Part shown: one piece after another, positions 56,901 to 64,000 of the stretch
How the letters are laid out: the number at the start of each line of letters is the position of its first letter
Numbering within the stretch: position 1 is the stretch's first letter
From: an uncultured bacterium
GTDB taxonomy: Bacteria; Krumholzibacteriota; Krumholzibacteriia; Krumholzibacteriales; Krumholzibacteriaceae
Direction: 5' to 3'
DNA: 64,000 nucleotides
NCBI GenBank assembly: GCA_963813815.1
Contig: CAWFAD010000012.1
Location: 96,001-160,000 of the forward strand
Translations under genes and position numbers: made by a program
The notes under the pieces: generated by a model
Seen by the model: only the letters and a program-made list of their open reading frames with translations
Database searches by the model: none
What the model was told of the DNA's origin: nothing

Positions 56901-58182
56901 TCTCCTTGTGGAGCCGCTCCTGCTCGACGACGTTCTTCTGGGCCTCGCGGAACTTCGACGTTATCTCGTTGAAGGCCCGGGCGATCTCGCCGATTTCCTG
57001 CGGCCCCGTGATTTGGATCTCGTCGCTGAGCGAGCCCTCGCCGATGGCGCGCACGCCGTCGGTGAGCGCCTGGATCGGGCGGACGAAAATGGCCACGAGC
57101 AGGTAGCTGAGCGCCACCCCGGCGGCGAATACGCCGACGAGTATGAGCGTCATCATGGGCCGCGGGTCGATGATATCGCCCGTCGCGATCGCCTCGGAGA
57201 TGCCCACGACGACGCGTCCGATCTCGGAGGTCTGCCCCCGCTCGGAATCGGTCAGGTAAACGGCCTGATGAAACTCGCGAATGAGACCGAGGCTGTCGTG
57301 GGCCACCGTCCGGTACGCGGCGCCGCGATCGAGCGAGCGCACCTCGGCGGGAATCGCGTACGTCGTGAGAAACTCGTCCTGCTGGTTCGAAGCGAAGATG
57401 CGCCCGTCGGCGTGCACGACGCGGATATACTTCACCTCGGGATACCGCTTTATCTGCCGCGGAATCGCATCCGTGCTGAGCTCGAGCCCGCTCACGTCGT
57501 AGGGATCCTTCGTGAGCGCGCCGACGCTCAGGCTCGCGATGGTTTCGGCGACCCGCTTGCGCTGCAGCCAGGTGTCGGCGAATCGGTCGCGCAGCTCGTT
57601 CGTCTGACGGTAGAGGAGAATCGCCCAGAGGAACACGACGAGGCCGAAGAGGCCGAGCGTCGTGCGCAACGCGAACTTGAATCGGAGCGTCGAGGTCCAC
57701 TTCGGCCGCCTGATCGAGCCGAAGAGCTGCGGCCGCGCGGCGGCCGCGGCCGAGTTTTTTACCATGTAGAGGCGATTCCCCGTCGGCGAAGCCGAATAGC
57801 TCAAATTGTCCATGAGGCGGTTCATCAGGTAGATGCCGAGACCGCCCTTCTTGCCGATTTCGACATAATGGTCGAGGTCGGGCTCCTTGACCTTGGACCA
57901 GTCGAAGGGCTCGCCGCGGTCGAAGATGCTGATCTCGACCGTGCCCGGACCCGCCTGAACGTCGATCCGGATGTCTCCGGCTTTCTCTTTGTACGCGTGT
58001 TTGATGATGTTCGTGCATGCTTCATCGACGGCGAGCTTCGTGTTGTTCGTTTCGCCCTTCGAGAATCCCGCGCGATCGCAGATGCCGGCGATGAAATCCC
58101 GGACCTCGCTCAGGTTGTTCTCGTCCGCGGGAACCTCGAGATGGAACGTCTCGCGCTCCCGCATGCGCTCGCCGCGTTTCAC
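53950..58182 (-). CDS. Multidomain partner-switching protein: RsbW-type HATPase - TM - extracytoplasmic domain - TM - HAMP - SpoIIE/PP2C - HTH - 3x STAS
   Basis: DEACTNIIKHAY/DRGEPFD/GGLGIYLM; two TMs; RPIQAL...EIGEIARAFN; VGGDYYD/DVSGKG/YTDGVTEA/DDITVV; AEACRMMRVSPSTYYRY; three Y(I/V)SSxGWG STAS motifs. Confidence 0.9.
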   Translation of the reverse strand: MKRGERMRERETFHLEVPADENNLSEVRDFIAGICDRAGFSKGETNNTKLAVDEACTNIIKHAYKEKAGDIRIDVQAGPGTVEISIFDRGEPFDWSKVKEPDLDHYVEIGKKGGLGIYLMNRLMDNLSYSASPTGNRLYMVKNSAAAAARPQLFGSIRRPKWTSTLRFKFALRTTLGLFGLVVFLWAILLYRQTNELRDRFADTWLQRKRVAETIASLSVGALTKDPYDVSGLELSTDAIPRQIKRYPEVKYIRVVHADGRIFASNQQDEFLTTYAIPAEVRSLDRGAAYRTVAHDSLGLIREFHQAVYLTDSERGQTSEIGRVVVGISEAIATGDIIDPRPMMTLILVGVFAAGVALSYLLVAIFVRPIQALTDGVRAIGEGSLSDEIQITGPQEIGEIARAFNEITSKFREAQKNVVEQERLHKEMQVAQEIQQTLLPKRVPTIGGYDIASLYRAAKEVGGDYYDFVRVDDDTLGVVVADVSGKGVPGSLVMTMIRTALRMEARGNHSAAEVMARMNDFVTEDMKKGMFVTIFYSILDSKNRIISYASAGHNPMILYRAETDETYFLNPRGFPVGIKLPDDTLFRRSIDVEKIKLKKDDMLVIYTDGVTEAMNGARNQYGEERLIRLIKQCGRLAPQEFIDRLNDDIKSFTGDQPQNDDITVVAIKEKLQADEVLYGIRRKLLDLVEVQGVAVAEACRMMRVSPSTYYRYKKRLEELGERGLQDKTLRREVDIRRVSIEQRKGLLGIIRDHPRYGAKKITAAFNEGKAEGDLLSPAIVYDELKRIRLNTYEMRLEYLRRNRFISDEEFKKLVAAHGRPAEAAAEAAGAPQAPAEAAPEEAAPASVPEARPAAAAPSLRRESAPPLRRRGARESFGTGQGRAIEVTSEELAGDVVVLHVAGHLDSSSAGELEGILESVHEYGYRKIIVDLAGVMYISSGGWGIFTGRVKSLREGEGDVVLASMSPEVYDIYELLGFQEIILQFATVDEAAAYISLPLAERRSRLERESARPAPLRTLETRQSTAASGASGPGEVPETDSSWAALKIEAGTVGDQGEITVLYLDGVVDTVSCVNLRSVLDGLVDRGAVKIVIDMSRVEYVSSSGWGVFASRIKDIRLRGGDLKIFGMDQEVDGIYSLLGFDSIMRSFGVLAEAIEDFKNEAPTLADGEILDEEPPDEAAAAPRAERTEGAGTPLAIASAGDARAVGGTVVVTIDGAVDSSTAEAFEAELSRRADERPLNLILDVERMVYISSGGWGIIIRYLQKLGETGGRIAIAGMSSSILNIFRDLGFEPLIPHYGTLEMALAELAPAKGAADFAPPEAAPGPGAPAGAPAPEPEDRKQDLADALLGASKIAPLEPLERVADPEKVIFIDFKKRTDVREDKDKRITRIGWDEYGKRLRNSDRKPRGKK

Positions 58183-60089
58183 CGCGCACCCCCCGCTCCG
58201 CCGCTGTTCTGAAGGCGCTTGCGGGCCTCCCCGATGTTCCTCAGCACGCTCTCGTTATCGGGATCGATTTCGAGAATCCGCTGCCACCGCTCGACGGCCT
58301 TCAGGTAATTCCCGTCCGTGAAATGCTTCATTCCCTCGAGATAGAGAGCGCGCACCTCCGCCTTTTCGCCGTCGCTGAGCGGGGTCATGCGCCGCTCGGC
58401 GCGCAGCAGCAGGGTTCGCGCCTCCGCGTGCTTCGGATCGATGGAGAGCAGCTCCCTGATCTGTTTCACGGCGTCCGGATACCGCCCCTCCCCGAACGAC
58501 CTCACGGCGCCGTCGTAGAGCTCCGCGACCCGGAGCCGCTTGGCCGTCGTGAGATAATCCCGGCTCATCTCGTCGACTCGCTCGTTCAGCCGCTCCACGG
58601 CTGCGAGCGCCTCGGCGGATTCGGGCACGATCGTCCGGACCATATTCCACTCGCCGAGTGCGGCTGCGAGCTGTCCCTGCCGCTCGAGATCGAGGGCCCG
58701 CTCGCGGTGCTGCGCCGCGAGGCCATCGAGCTTCTCCTCGGTCGCTCCGAGATACTCCGCCGCCTGCCCGTTCTCCGGATCGATCTCGAGGACACTCCGC
58801 CATTCCGCGCGGGCGCGGATATAATCTCCCGTGCCGTAGTATTCGAGTCCGAGACGGAAGTGACGGTTCGTGAGGGCCGCTTTTTCGGCGTCCTTCGTCC
58901 GCTGCTCTTCCGCTGCGAGAACGTCGCGCTCGACCACGCTGATGGTGTCGGCGACGGCCCGGCTCGTCGGATCGTACTCGAGGGCGATTCTGAGCTCGTC
59001 GAGCGCCTTCGCCGGCTGCCCATCGCGCCGGAACTGCTCGGCGGAGGCAATGTGGCCGGCGATCCTCCTCGTGAGCATCTGCTGGATGCGACGTTCTTCG
59101 TCGGCGAGGCGCCGCTCCTCGCGCAGCCGTATACGGTCGTCGATCGAGGATCCGATCCGGGCGGAGAGCGAGAGCGGATGCGCGCTTCCGGCCTCCTCGC
59201 GGCTCAGATAGCCGTAATCGAATCCGAAGCCGTGCCAGCCGACGCCGACCCCCGCCGTGATGCTTTGCCCGTCGTATCCGGCGCGGATCGCGAGAAAGTC
59301 CCGGAACCGGTACTCGGCCCCGGCCCGCACCTTCGTGTCGCCGCGCGCGGGAAGATCCATCTGCGCCGCCAGCACGAGCGCGGAGCTCTTTCCCAGCGCG
59401 CGGGCGTAGCCGGCGCCGATCATCACGGTGCGGTCCACGGGCTCGCTCACCGAGACGAGCTTGATCTCCGCGCCGACGATATCCTGAAGGTTGCACCCGA
59501 CGCGGAGGCCCTCCAACCAGCGCGGCTGGTACACGAATCCGACGTCGAGCCCCGTGCCGGTATCCGAGAAATCTCCGACGCGCTGGCTCAGCATCTTCGC
59601 CGACGAGCCGACGGTGACCGCGCCGGCGTAACGCCACGGCAGCGTGTACGCGTAGGCGACGATCATCTGACTCTCGCGGTAGCTGAGCTCGCCCGTTTCA
59701 CGGCTCCACTCGTCGAACCCGCGGATGCCCCCCGTCCCCGCCGTCATGAAGCCCGCGCCGAGGGCGCCGGCGGAGATCGTCGGATACACGAAACCGAGAA
59801 AGTCGTATCCCGTGTCGCTCCATCCGGAAAAGAGCTGCGCGTGGCTCGCGAGCACCGCGGTGTACCGGTTGAGCGCGAGGGCGGCCGGGTTGTAGAACAA
59901 CGCCGACGCGTCGTCGCCCACGGCGGAGAAGGCTCCCCCCATGGCGATCGCCCGCGCCCCCGCCCCGACGGCAAAGATCGAGCTCGTGCCGCCCGTTCCC
60001 TCCTGCGCCGCGACGCTCGACACGAGCATCGCCGAGAGCAGGACGGCGGTCAACGCCGCATACCGATGGTTCGTTCGCATACCCATCAC
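58179..60089 (-). CDS. PorV/PorQ-like outer-membrane barrel fused to C-terminal TPR repeats
   Basis: Signal peptide; GAGARAIAMGGAF.AV.DDASALFYNPAAL; DVGFVY, IRAGYD, FDYGY; TPR units (WRSVLEIDPEN, WQRILEIDPDN). Confidence 0.85.
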   Translation of the reverse strand: MMGMRTNHRYAALTAVLLSAMLVSSVAAQEGTGGTSSIFAVGAGARAIAMGGAFSAVGDDASALFYNPAALALNRYTAVLASHAQLFSGWSDTGYDFLGFVYPTISAGALGAGFMTAGTGGIRGFDEWSRETGELSYRESQMIVAYAYTLPWRYAGAVTVGSSAKMLSQRVGDFSDTGTGLDVGFVYQPRWLEGLRVGCNLQDIVGAEIKLVSVSEPVDRTVMIGAGYARALGKSSALVLAAQMDLPARGDTKVRAGAEYRFRDFLAIRAGYDGQSITAGVGVGWHGFGFDYGYLSREEAGSAHPLSLSARIGSSIDDRIRLREERRLADEERRIQQMLTRRIAGHIASAEQFRRDGQPAKALDELRIALEYDPTSRAVADTISVVERDVLAAEEQRTKDAEKAALTNRHFRLGLEYYGTGDYIRARAEWRSVLEIDPENGQAAEYLGATEEKLDGLAAQHRERALDLERQGQLAAALGEWNMVRTIVPESAEALAAVERLNERVDEMSRDYLTTAKRLRVAELYDGAVRSFGEGRYPDAVKQIRELLSIDPKHAEARTLLLRAERRMTPLSDGEKAEVRALYLEGMKHFTDGNYLKAVERWQRILEIDPDNESVLRNIGEARKRLQNSGGAGGAR

Positions 60090-63000
60090 TTCGCCACGGC
60101 GATCTTGAAGAGCGCCGATTGCGAGCCAGCCTCGACCTTGCAGAGATACACGCCGTTTCTCACCGTTTCTCCGCGGGCGTTCCGCCCGTCCCAGGGGATC
60201 TCATGCATGATCCCGTCGGCGGAGCCGGTGCCGCCCTCCTCGCCCGAGGCGATTTCCTTCGTCCAGACGAGAATGCCGGCGAGATCGTAAATGCGGATCG
60301 ATACCGCCGCGTCCTCGAGCAGGAAGTAGCAAATGCGCGTTTCCTGCGATCCCGCGGCGAAGGGGTTCGGATAGTTGTGGACATAATCCTCGAAGCGCGC
60401 GCTCAGAACGGTCAGCGGACCGCTCAGGAACGAGCCGGCGATGTCCCCGCCCTGATCGTCCACGACGCCGACGCGCGATCCCGCGCCGCCGCCCTCGAGC
60501 GTGATCGAGAAAACGACGTCGGCGCTCTCTTCGATTTCGAAGCGAATCTCCCCTGCCGGGGCGTTCGCCGCGATATCGGCGGTGAGGAGCAGCGTGTCAG
60601 CGGCGCCGGGAACGACCTCGAACGCATGTCCCGCCACGATCGGCACCGGGTTCGCCTCCGAGACCGCCGCCTCGAAGCGAACCCCTCCCGCCACGAGCGC
60701 GACGCCCGACACCCGCCGCGAAGGCGGCGAGACGAGCCGGCCGGTCCCGTCCTTGATCGCCACGTAGAGCGTATCGAGCCCGATCGTGTAACCCGACGTG
60801 TTCTCGAACTCGGCGCGCATGATCGGCACGCCGGCGGCCCCCTGGGGAACGACGACCGGCGGGATGGTATCGAGGGAGGAGAGGTTCAACATGCGCACGG
60901 CGCCCGTCTCCGTCTGCACCGGCAGGAACACTTCGCCCGTCGTCACCGCGCAGGCGAGGTTCGTGTTGACGTCCTCCGCCAGCGGCTCGACGAACCTGAT
61001 CTGCAGGTTCCCGGGGGACGTGGGCTCGGCGGGCGCGCGCACGTTCCACGCGACGGGCTCGCCCGGATAGAACGGCTTCCGGTAGGTCTCGCCCGCTCCG
61101 TCGAGATCGTAATTCTGGCCCGAGGGCAGGACGAGCTCGATCCGCGCTCCCGCCGTGTCGACGCCCGCCTCGCCCGCATTGGCCGCCGTCGCTTCGATCG
61201 TGAACGACTGATTCACGGACAGGATCCCGTCGAGCGCCCCGTCGGGACCCGATATCCGCCCGGCGAGGGCGAGAGCCGCTTTTTCGACCGCGCGCACGGC
61301 GAACACGACGCGGCGAACGGGGAGCCGCTCGCCCGAGTTGGCGTCCACGCCTCCCGCCCGTCCGACGAGCGTGTCGACCGGAGCGGCGATCGAGGGCGCC
61401 CGAACGGTCCAATCGAGCGTTACGAGCTCTCCGGCGCCGGCTCCGACAAACTTGATCATGTCCCCCGCGACGGCGTACCCGGCGGGCGCCGAGAGCTCGG
61501 CCCACACCGAATCGGCGTTGACCGAGGGAACGAGCGCCACGCGCGCGACGAACTCCTGATCCGTCGAGAGAACGCCGTCGACGGCTCCCGCGGGGGCCGC
61601 CACGGACACCGAGCATTCGGCGATGCCTCCGGCCTCTTCCGTACGCGCGACGATGCGCGACTCGGCGGTTTGGATTGCCGCGGGCGAGCCGATATTGATG
61701 TCGTTCGGAACGGAGCTGATCGACGCCCGCAGGGTGTCGAGCGACGGAGCCGCCGGCGCTACCAGCGTCCACTCGAGCGGCGCGCCCGCGTCGAACCGCC
61801 TCGTGAGCGGATCCGCCGGATCGGCGAGGCTCATCGAGACCGGCAACGCGAGCGTCACCCTGCCCGTCGTATCGATCGCGGCTTCTCCCGCGTTTTCGAC
61901 GAGAACGGTCACGACGAAGATCTGACCGGTCGAAAGCGTGTCGTCGATCGCCCCCGCCGGCGAGGTGATGGAAGCGCCGCACGCGAGGAGCGCGGCGGTT
62001 TCAATCCTCAGATTCTCGATCGACTCGACGGCCTCCGCCGGCGTCACGGGCTCTCCCGTGTTGACGGAAACCGCCTTCACGATCGAGGCGCGCAGATATT
62101 CCACGGCGCTCGACGGCGCCGCCGTCACCGCGTAGACGAAATCCCGTTCGGTTCGCGACGGCATGTAGGCGAGAGAGTCTCCCTCGACGAGGGTGCCCGA
62201 AACGCCGCTCGTCGCGAGCCTCACGAGAACGCTGTCGAGATCGTCCCCGCCCGTATTCTCCACCCGCACCGTGAGGTTGAAGGTCTGGCCGGTGTTGACG
62301 ATCGACGTGTTCGCGAATGAGGCGTTGTTCGGCGCGTCGCTCGTCACGGCGACTATTCTGAGCCCGGAAGGAGGCCGCACGAGCACCGATCCGCTCCCCG
62401 AGGCCGGCGGTCGCGGCGCCTCGGGCTCGTTGCCGTCGATCCAACCGAGCGTGGCGGCGATATCGACCGAGCCGGTATCGCGGCCCGTCGCGGCGATTCG
62501 ATAGAGAAGCGTATCGGCCGCGCCTCCCTCGAGCACGAGCGGCGAGGCTCCCGACACGAAGGTCTCCGGCGCGATGACGAGGTACCCTCCGACCGAAACG
62601 CCGTCGATGGAGAATGCCAGATCGTCCGAAGCGGCGGCGTCGATCTCGAGCGGCGCCTCGCCGTCGTTCCGCACGCCGACATCGATGGTCCACTCGATGG
62701 TCTGTCCGGCGTTCACCGCCTCCTGCGAAGGGGTGACGGCGGTCACGACGAGCGCCGCCGGTCTCTGTATCACGGCCAGCGCCGTATCATCCACGGCGGC
62801 GTCGAACAGCACGTAATCGCTCTCACCCGAGTTGGCGTCGACGGCCGAGCGGATGCGCGCCGTGAAAATCTCCGAGCCCTCGCCATCCGCGGTCACGAGA
62901 AACGTGTCGGAAGCCGACGCGAACCCGGCGATGGCATCGATGAAGACGAGGGTGTCGGCGATGGCGGACGAGCCCGAACCCTCGAGCGCGACGCCGACGT

Positions 63001-64000
63001 TCTCGACTCGCGCCTCGCCGCCGTTCGCAACTTCGGCGACGACGACGAACTGCTGCCCCGAGTCGACGTACGGCGCGCGCGGAGCCGCGGTGGCCGCGAG
63101 CGCGACCGCCAGCCGGGCCTGCGCCTGCACGCGGATCGAGCCCGAACCCGAGCCGTCGAGCCGCGTGTCGTAGGAACGATGAACGCCGTTGTTGTTCTCC
63201 ACGAGCTCGACGTCCGCATGGAGCTCGATGTCGGCGCCCGCGGGAATCTCCGGCGTCGGAGAAACGGAGAACACGAGGTGGCGGCATTCGCCGCCCGGCA
63301 GATCGAGCCCCCCCTCGACGAACGCCGGCGGCCGCGCATGGGCGAGCGGCAGACCCTCGTCGCGGTAGACGCGCGCGCTGTCGGGGATGAGCGTGAGATC
63401 AGCCTCCCCCGCGTTGCAGACCTCGCACGCGATCTGCCACGGGGTCGTTTGCGCCGAGGTCACGGTCGCCCGCGAGGGCGCGCTCGAAACGACGGCGGGA
63501 TCGCCGGGCAGCTCGACCATGACGTGGCTGAAACCGCCGCTATAGGTATCGTCAGAGACGGTGAGATTGCTGTTGACGTCGGTGCCCGTCACCGTTCCGT
63601 TCACGAGGGCGATGCCCGGGGTCGAACCCGTGGAGGTCACCGTGAAGAGGAGACTGTCGACCGCCCCTCCCGGAAGAATGGCGCCTCCGATGCCCGAGAG
63701 CGCCGCCGGGCGTACGACGGTATATTCATACGTCCGGTCTCCCACCCCGACGATCGTAAAGGTGAGGAAGGTCTTCGCCGCCGCGAGATCGAGGGAAACG
63801 GACGCCTCGCCGCTGTTCCGGAGCTTCATCCATACGTTCCACGGCTCCGTCTGGGAGCGGGTCACCGATTGAGGCGTGACGATGCCGCTGATACCGAGCT
63901 GGGGCGCCTGCTCCACGAGAACGGAATCGGGCGAGAGCGGCAGCACGGTCGAGAACGGATTGCCGTTCTCCTCCCCGACGAGCCGGATGAACGCGGCGTG
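60086..64000 (-). CDS. Giant secreted/surface protein with Ig-like repeats and a FlgD/T9SS-like C-terminal domain (5' end outside the window)
   Basis: At least 1286 aa, open towards the window edge; repeated xxQxF/W...NxGEA units; C-terminus HNYPNPF...IRIYDLAG...WDGRN..G..V.NGVYLCKV. Confidence 0.88.
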   Translation of the reverse strand, partial: HAAFIRLVGEENGNPFSTVLPLSPDSVLVEQAPQLGISGIVTPQSVTRSQTEPWNVWMKLRNSGEASVSLDLAAAKTFLTFTIVGVGDRTYEYTVVRPAALSGIGGAILPGGAVDSLLFTVTSTGSTPGIALVNGTVTGTDVNSNLTVSDDTYSGGFSHVMVELPGDPAVVSSAPSRATVTSAQTTPWQIACEVCNAGEADLTLIPDSARVYRDEGLPLAHARPPAFVEGGLDLPGGECRHLVFSVSPTPEIPAGADIELHADVELVENNNGVHRSYDTRLDGSGSGSIRVQAQARLAVALAATAAPRAPYVDSGQQFVVVAEVANGGEARVENVGVALEGSGSSAIADTLVFIDAIAGFASASDTFLVTADGEGSEIFTARIRSAVDANSGESDYVLFDAAVDDTALAVIQRPAALVVTAVTPSQEAVNAGQTIEWTIDVGVRNDGEAPLEIDAAASDDLAFSIDGVSVGGYLVIAPETFVSGASPLVLEGGAADTLLYRIAATGRDTGSVDIAATLGWIDGNEPEAPRPPASGSGSVLVRPPSGLRIVAVTSDAPNNASFANTSIVNTGQTFNLTVRVENTGGDDLDSVLVRLATSGVSGTLVEGDSLAYMPSRTERDFVYAVTAAPSSAVEYLRASIVKAVSVNTGEPVTPAEAVESIENLRIETAALLACGASITSPAGAIDDTLSTGQIFVVTVLVENAGEAAIDTTGRVTLALPVSMSLADPADPLTRRFDAGAPLEWTLVAPAAPSLDTLRASISSVPNDINIGSPAAIQTAESRIVARTEEAGGIAECSVSVAAPAGAVDGVLSTDQEFVARVALVPSVNADSVWAELSAPAGYAVAGDMIKFVGAGAGELVTLDWTVRAPSIAAPVDTLVGRAGGVDANSGERLPVRRVVFAVRAVEKAALALAGRISGPDGALDGILSVNQSFTIEATAANAGEAGVDTAGARIELVLPSGQNYDLDGAGETYRKPFYPGEPVAWNVRAPAEPTSPGNLQIRFVEPLAEDVNTNLACAVTTGEVFLPVQTETGAVRMLNLSSLDTIPPVVVPQGAAGVPIMRAEFENTSGYTIGLDTLYVAIKDGTGRLVSPPSRRVSGVALVAGGVRFEAAVSEANPVPIVAGHAFEVVPGAADTLLLTADIAANAPAGEIRFEIEESADVVFSITLEGGGAGSRVGVVDDQGGDIAGSFLSGPLTVLSARFEDYVHNYPNPFAAGSQETRICYFLLEDAAVSIRIYDLAGILVWTKEIASGEEGGTGSADGIMHEIPWDGRNARGETVRNGVYLCKVEAGSQSALFKIAVAK

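Noticed and set aside
53602..58212. 1536-aa plus-strand ORF
   Set aside because: It is the antisense shadow of the 1410-aa signalling gene. It has no motifs, and long stop-free antisense frames are expected at this GC and codon bias.

Overview
A 64-kb, high-GC chromosomal segment from a diderm, probably anaerobic bacterium. LPS genes, a PorV-like barrel and FlgD/T9SS-type C-terminal domains suggest an FCB-group lineage (inference). From left to right it holds: two divergent ferredoxins with a 2-oxoacid:ferredoxin oxidoreductase operon; tRNA-Thr; an ECF sigma/anti-sigma/Spy-like/TolC module; a ~10.5-kb Fe-S flavoprotein operon (NuoF/NuoE/NuoG-N-like, NfnB-like-ferredoxin-MvhD fusion, HdrD-like, sarcosine/proline-oxidase-like alpha and beta, thioesterase); a biotin carboxyltransferase; tRNA-Phe; a two-component cluster; galE, uvrA, mazG, OmpA; two tandem XRE-cupin regulators; GT9/waaA/radical SAM; tsaC, purE, purD; LarA family, carbamate kinase, aminotransferase; a lamin-tail-domain envelope trio; redoxin and vWA proteins. 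The best candidate for an undescribed system is the minus-strand cluster at 51097-64000: giant Ig-repeat surface protein -> PorV-TPR fusion -> a 1410-aa membrane protein joining an RsbW-type kinase, HAMP, SpoIIE phosphatase, an IS481-transposase-like HTH region and three STAS domains -> orphan ParA -> TPR protein -> two free STAS proteins. All five STAS domains share an atypical SSxGWG motif, and no sigma factor lies in the visible part of the cluster. Five single-base frameshifts in G-runs most likely reflect long-read homopolymer errors. All family assignments come from motif recognition by eye; no database searches were run.
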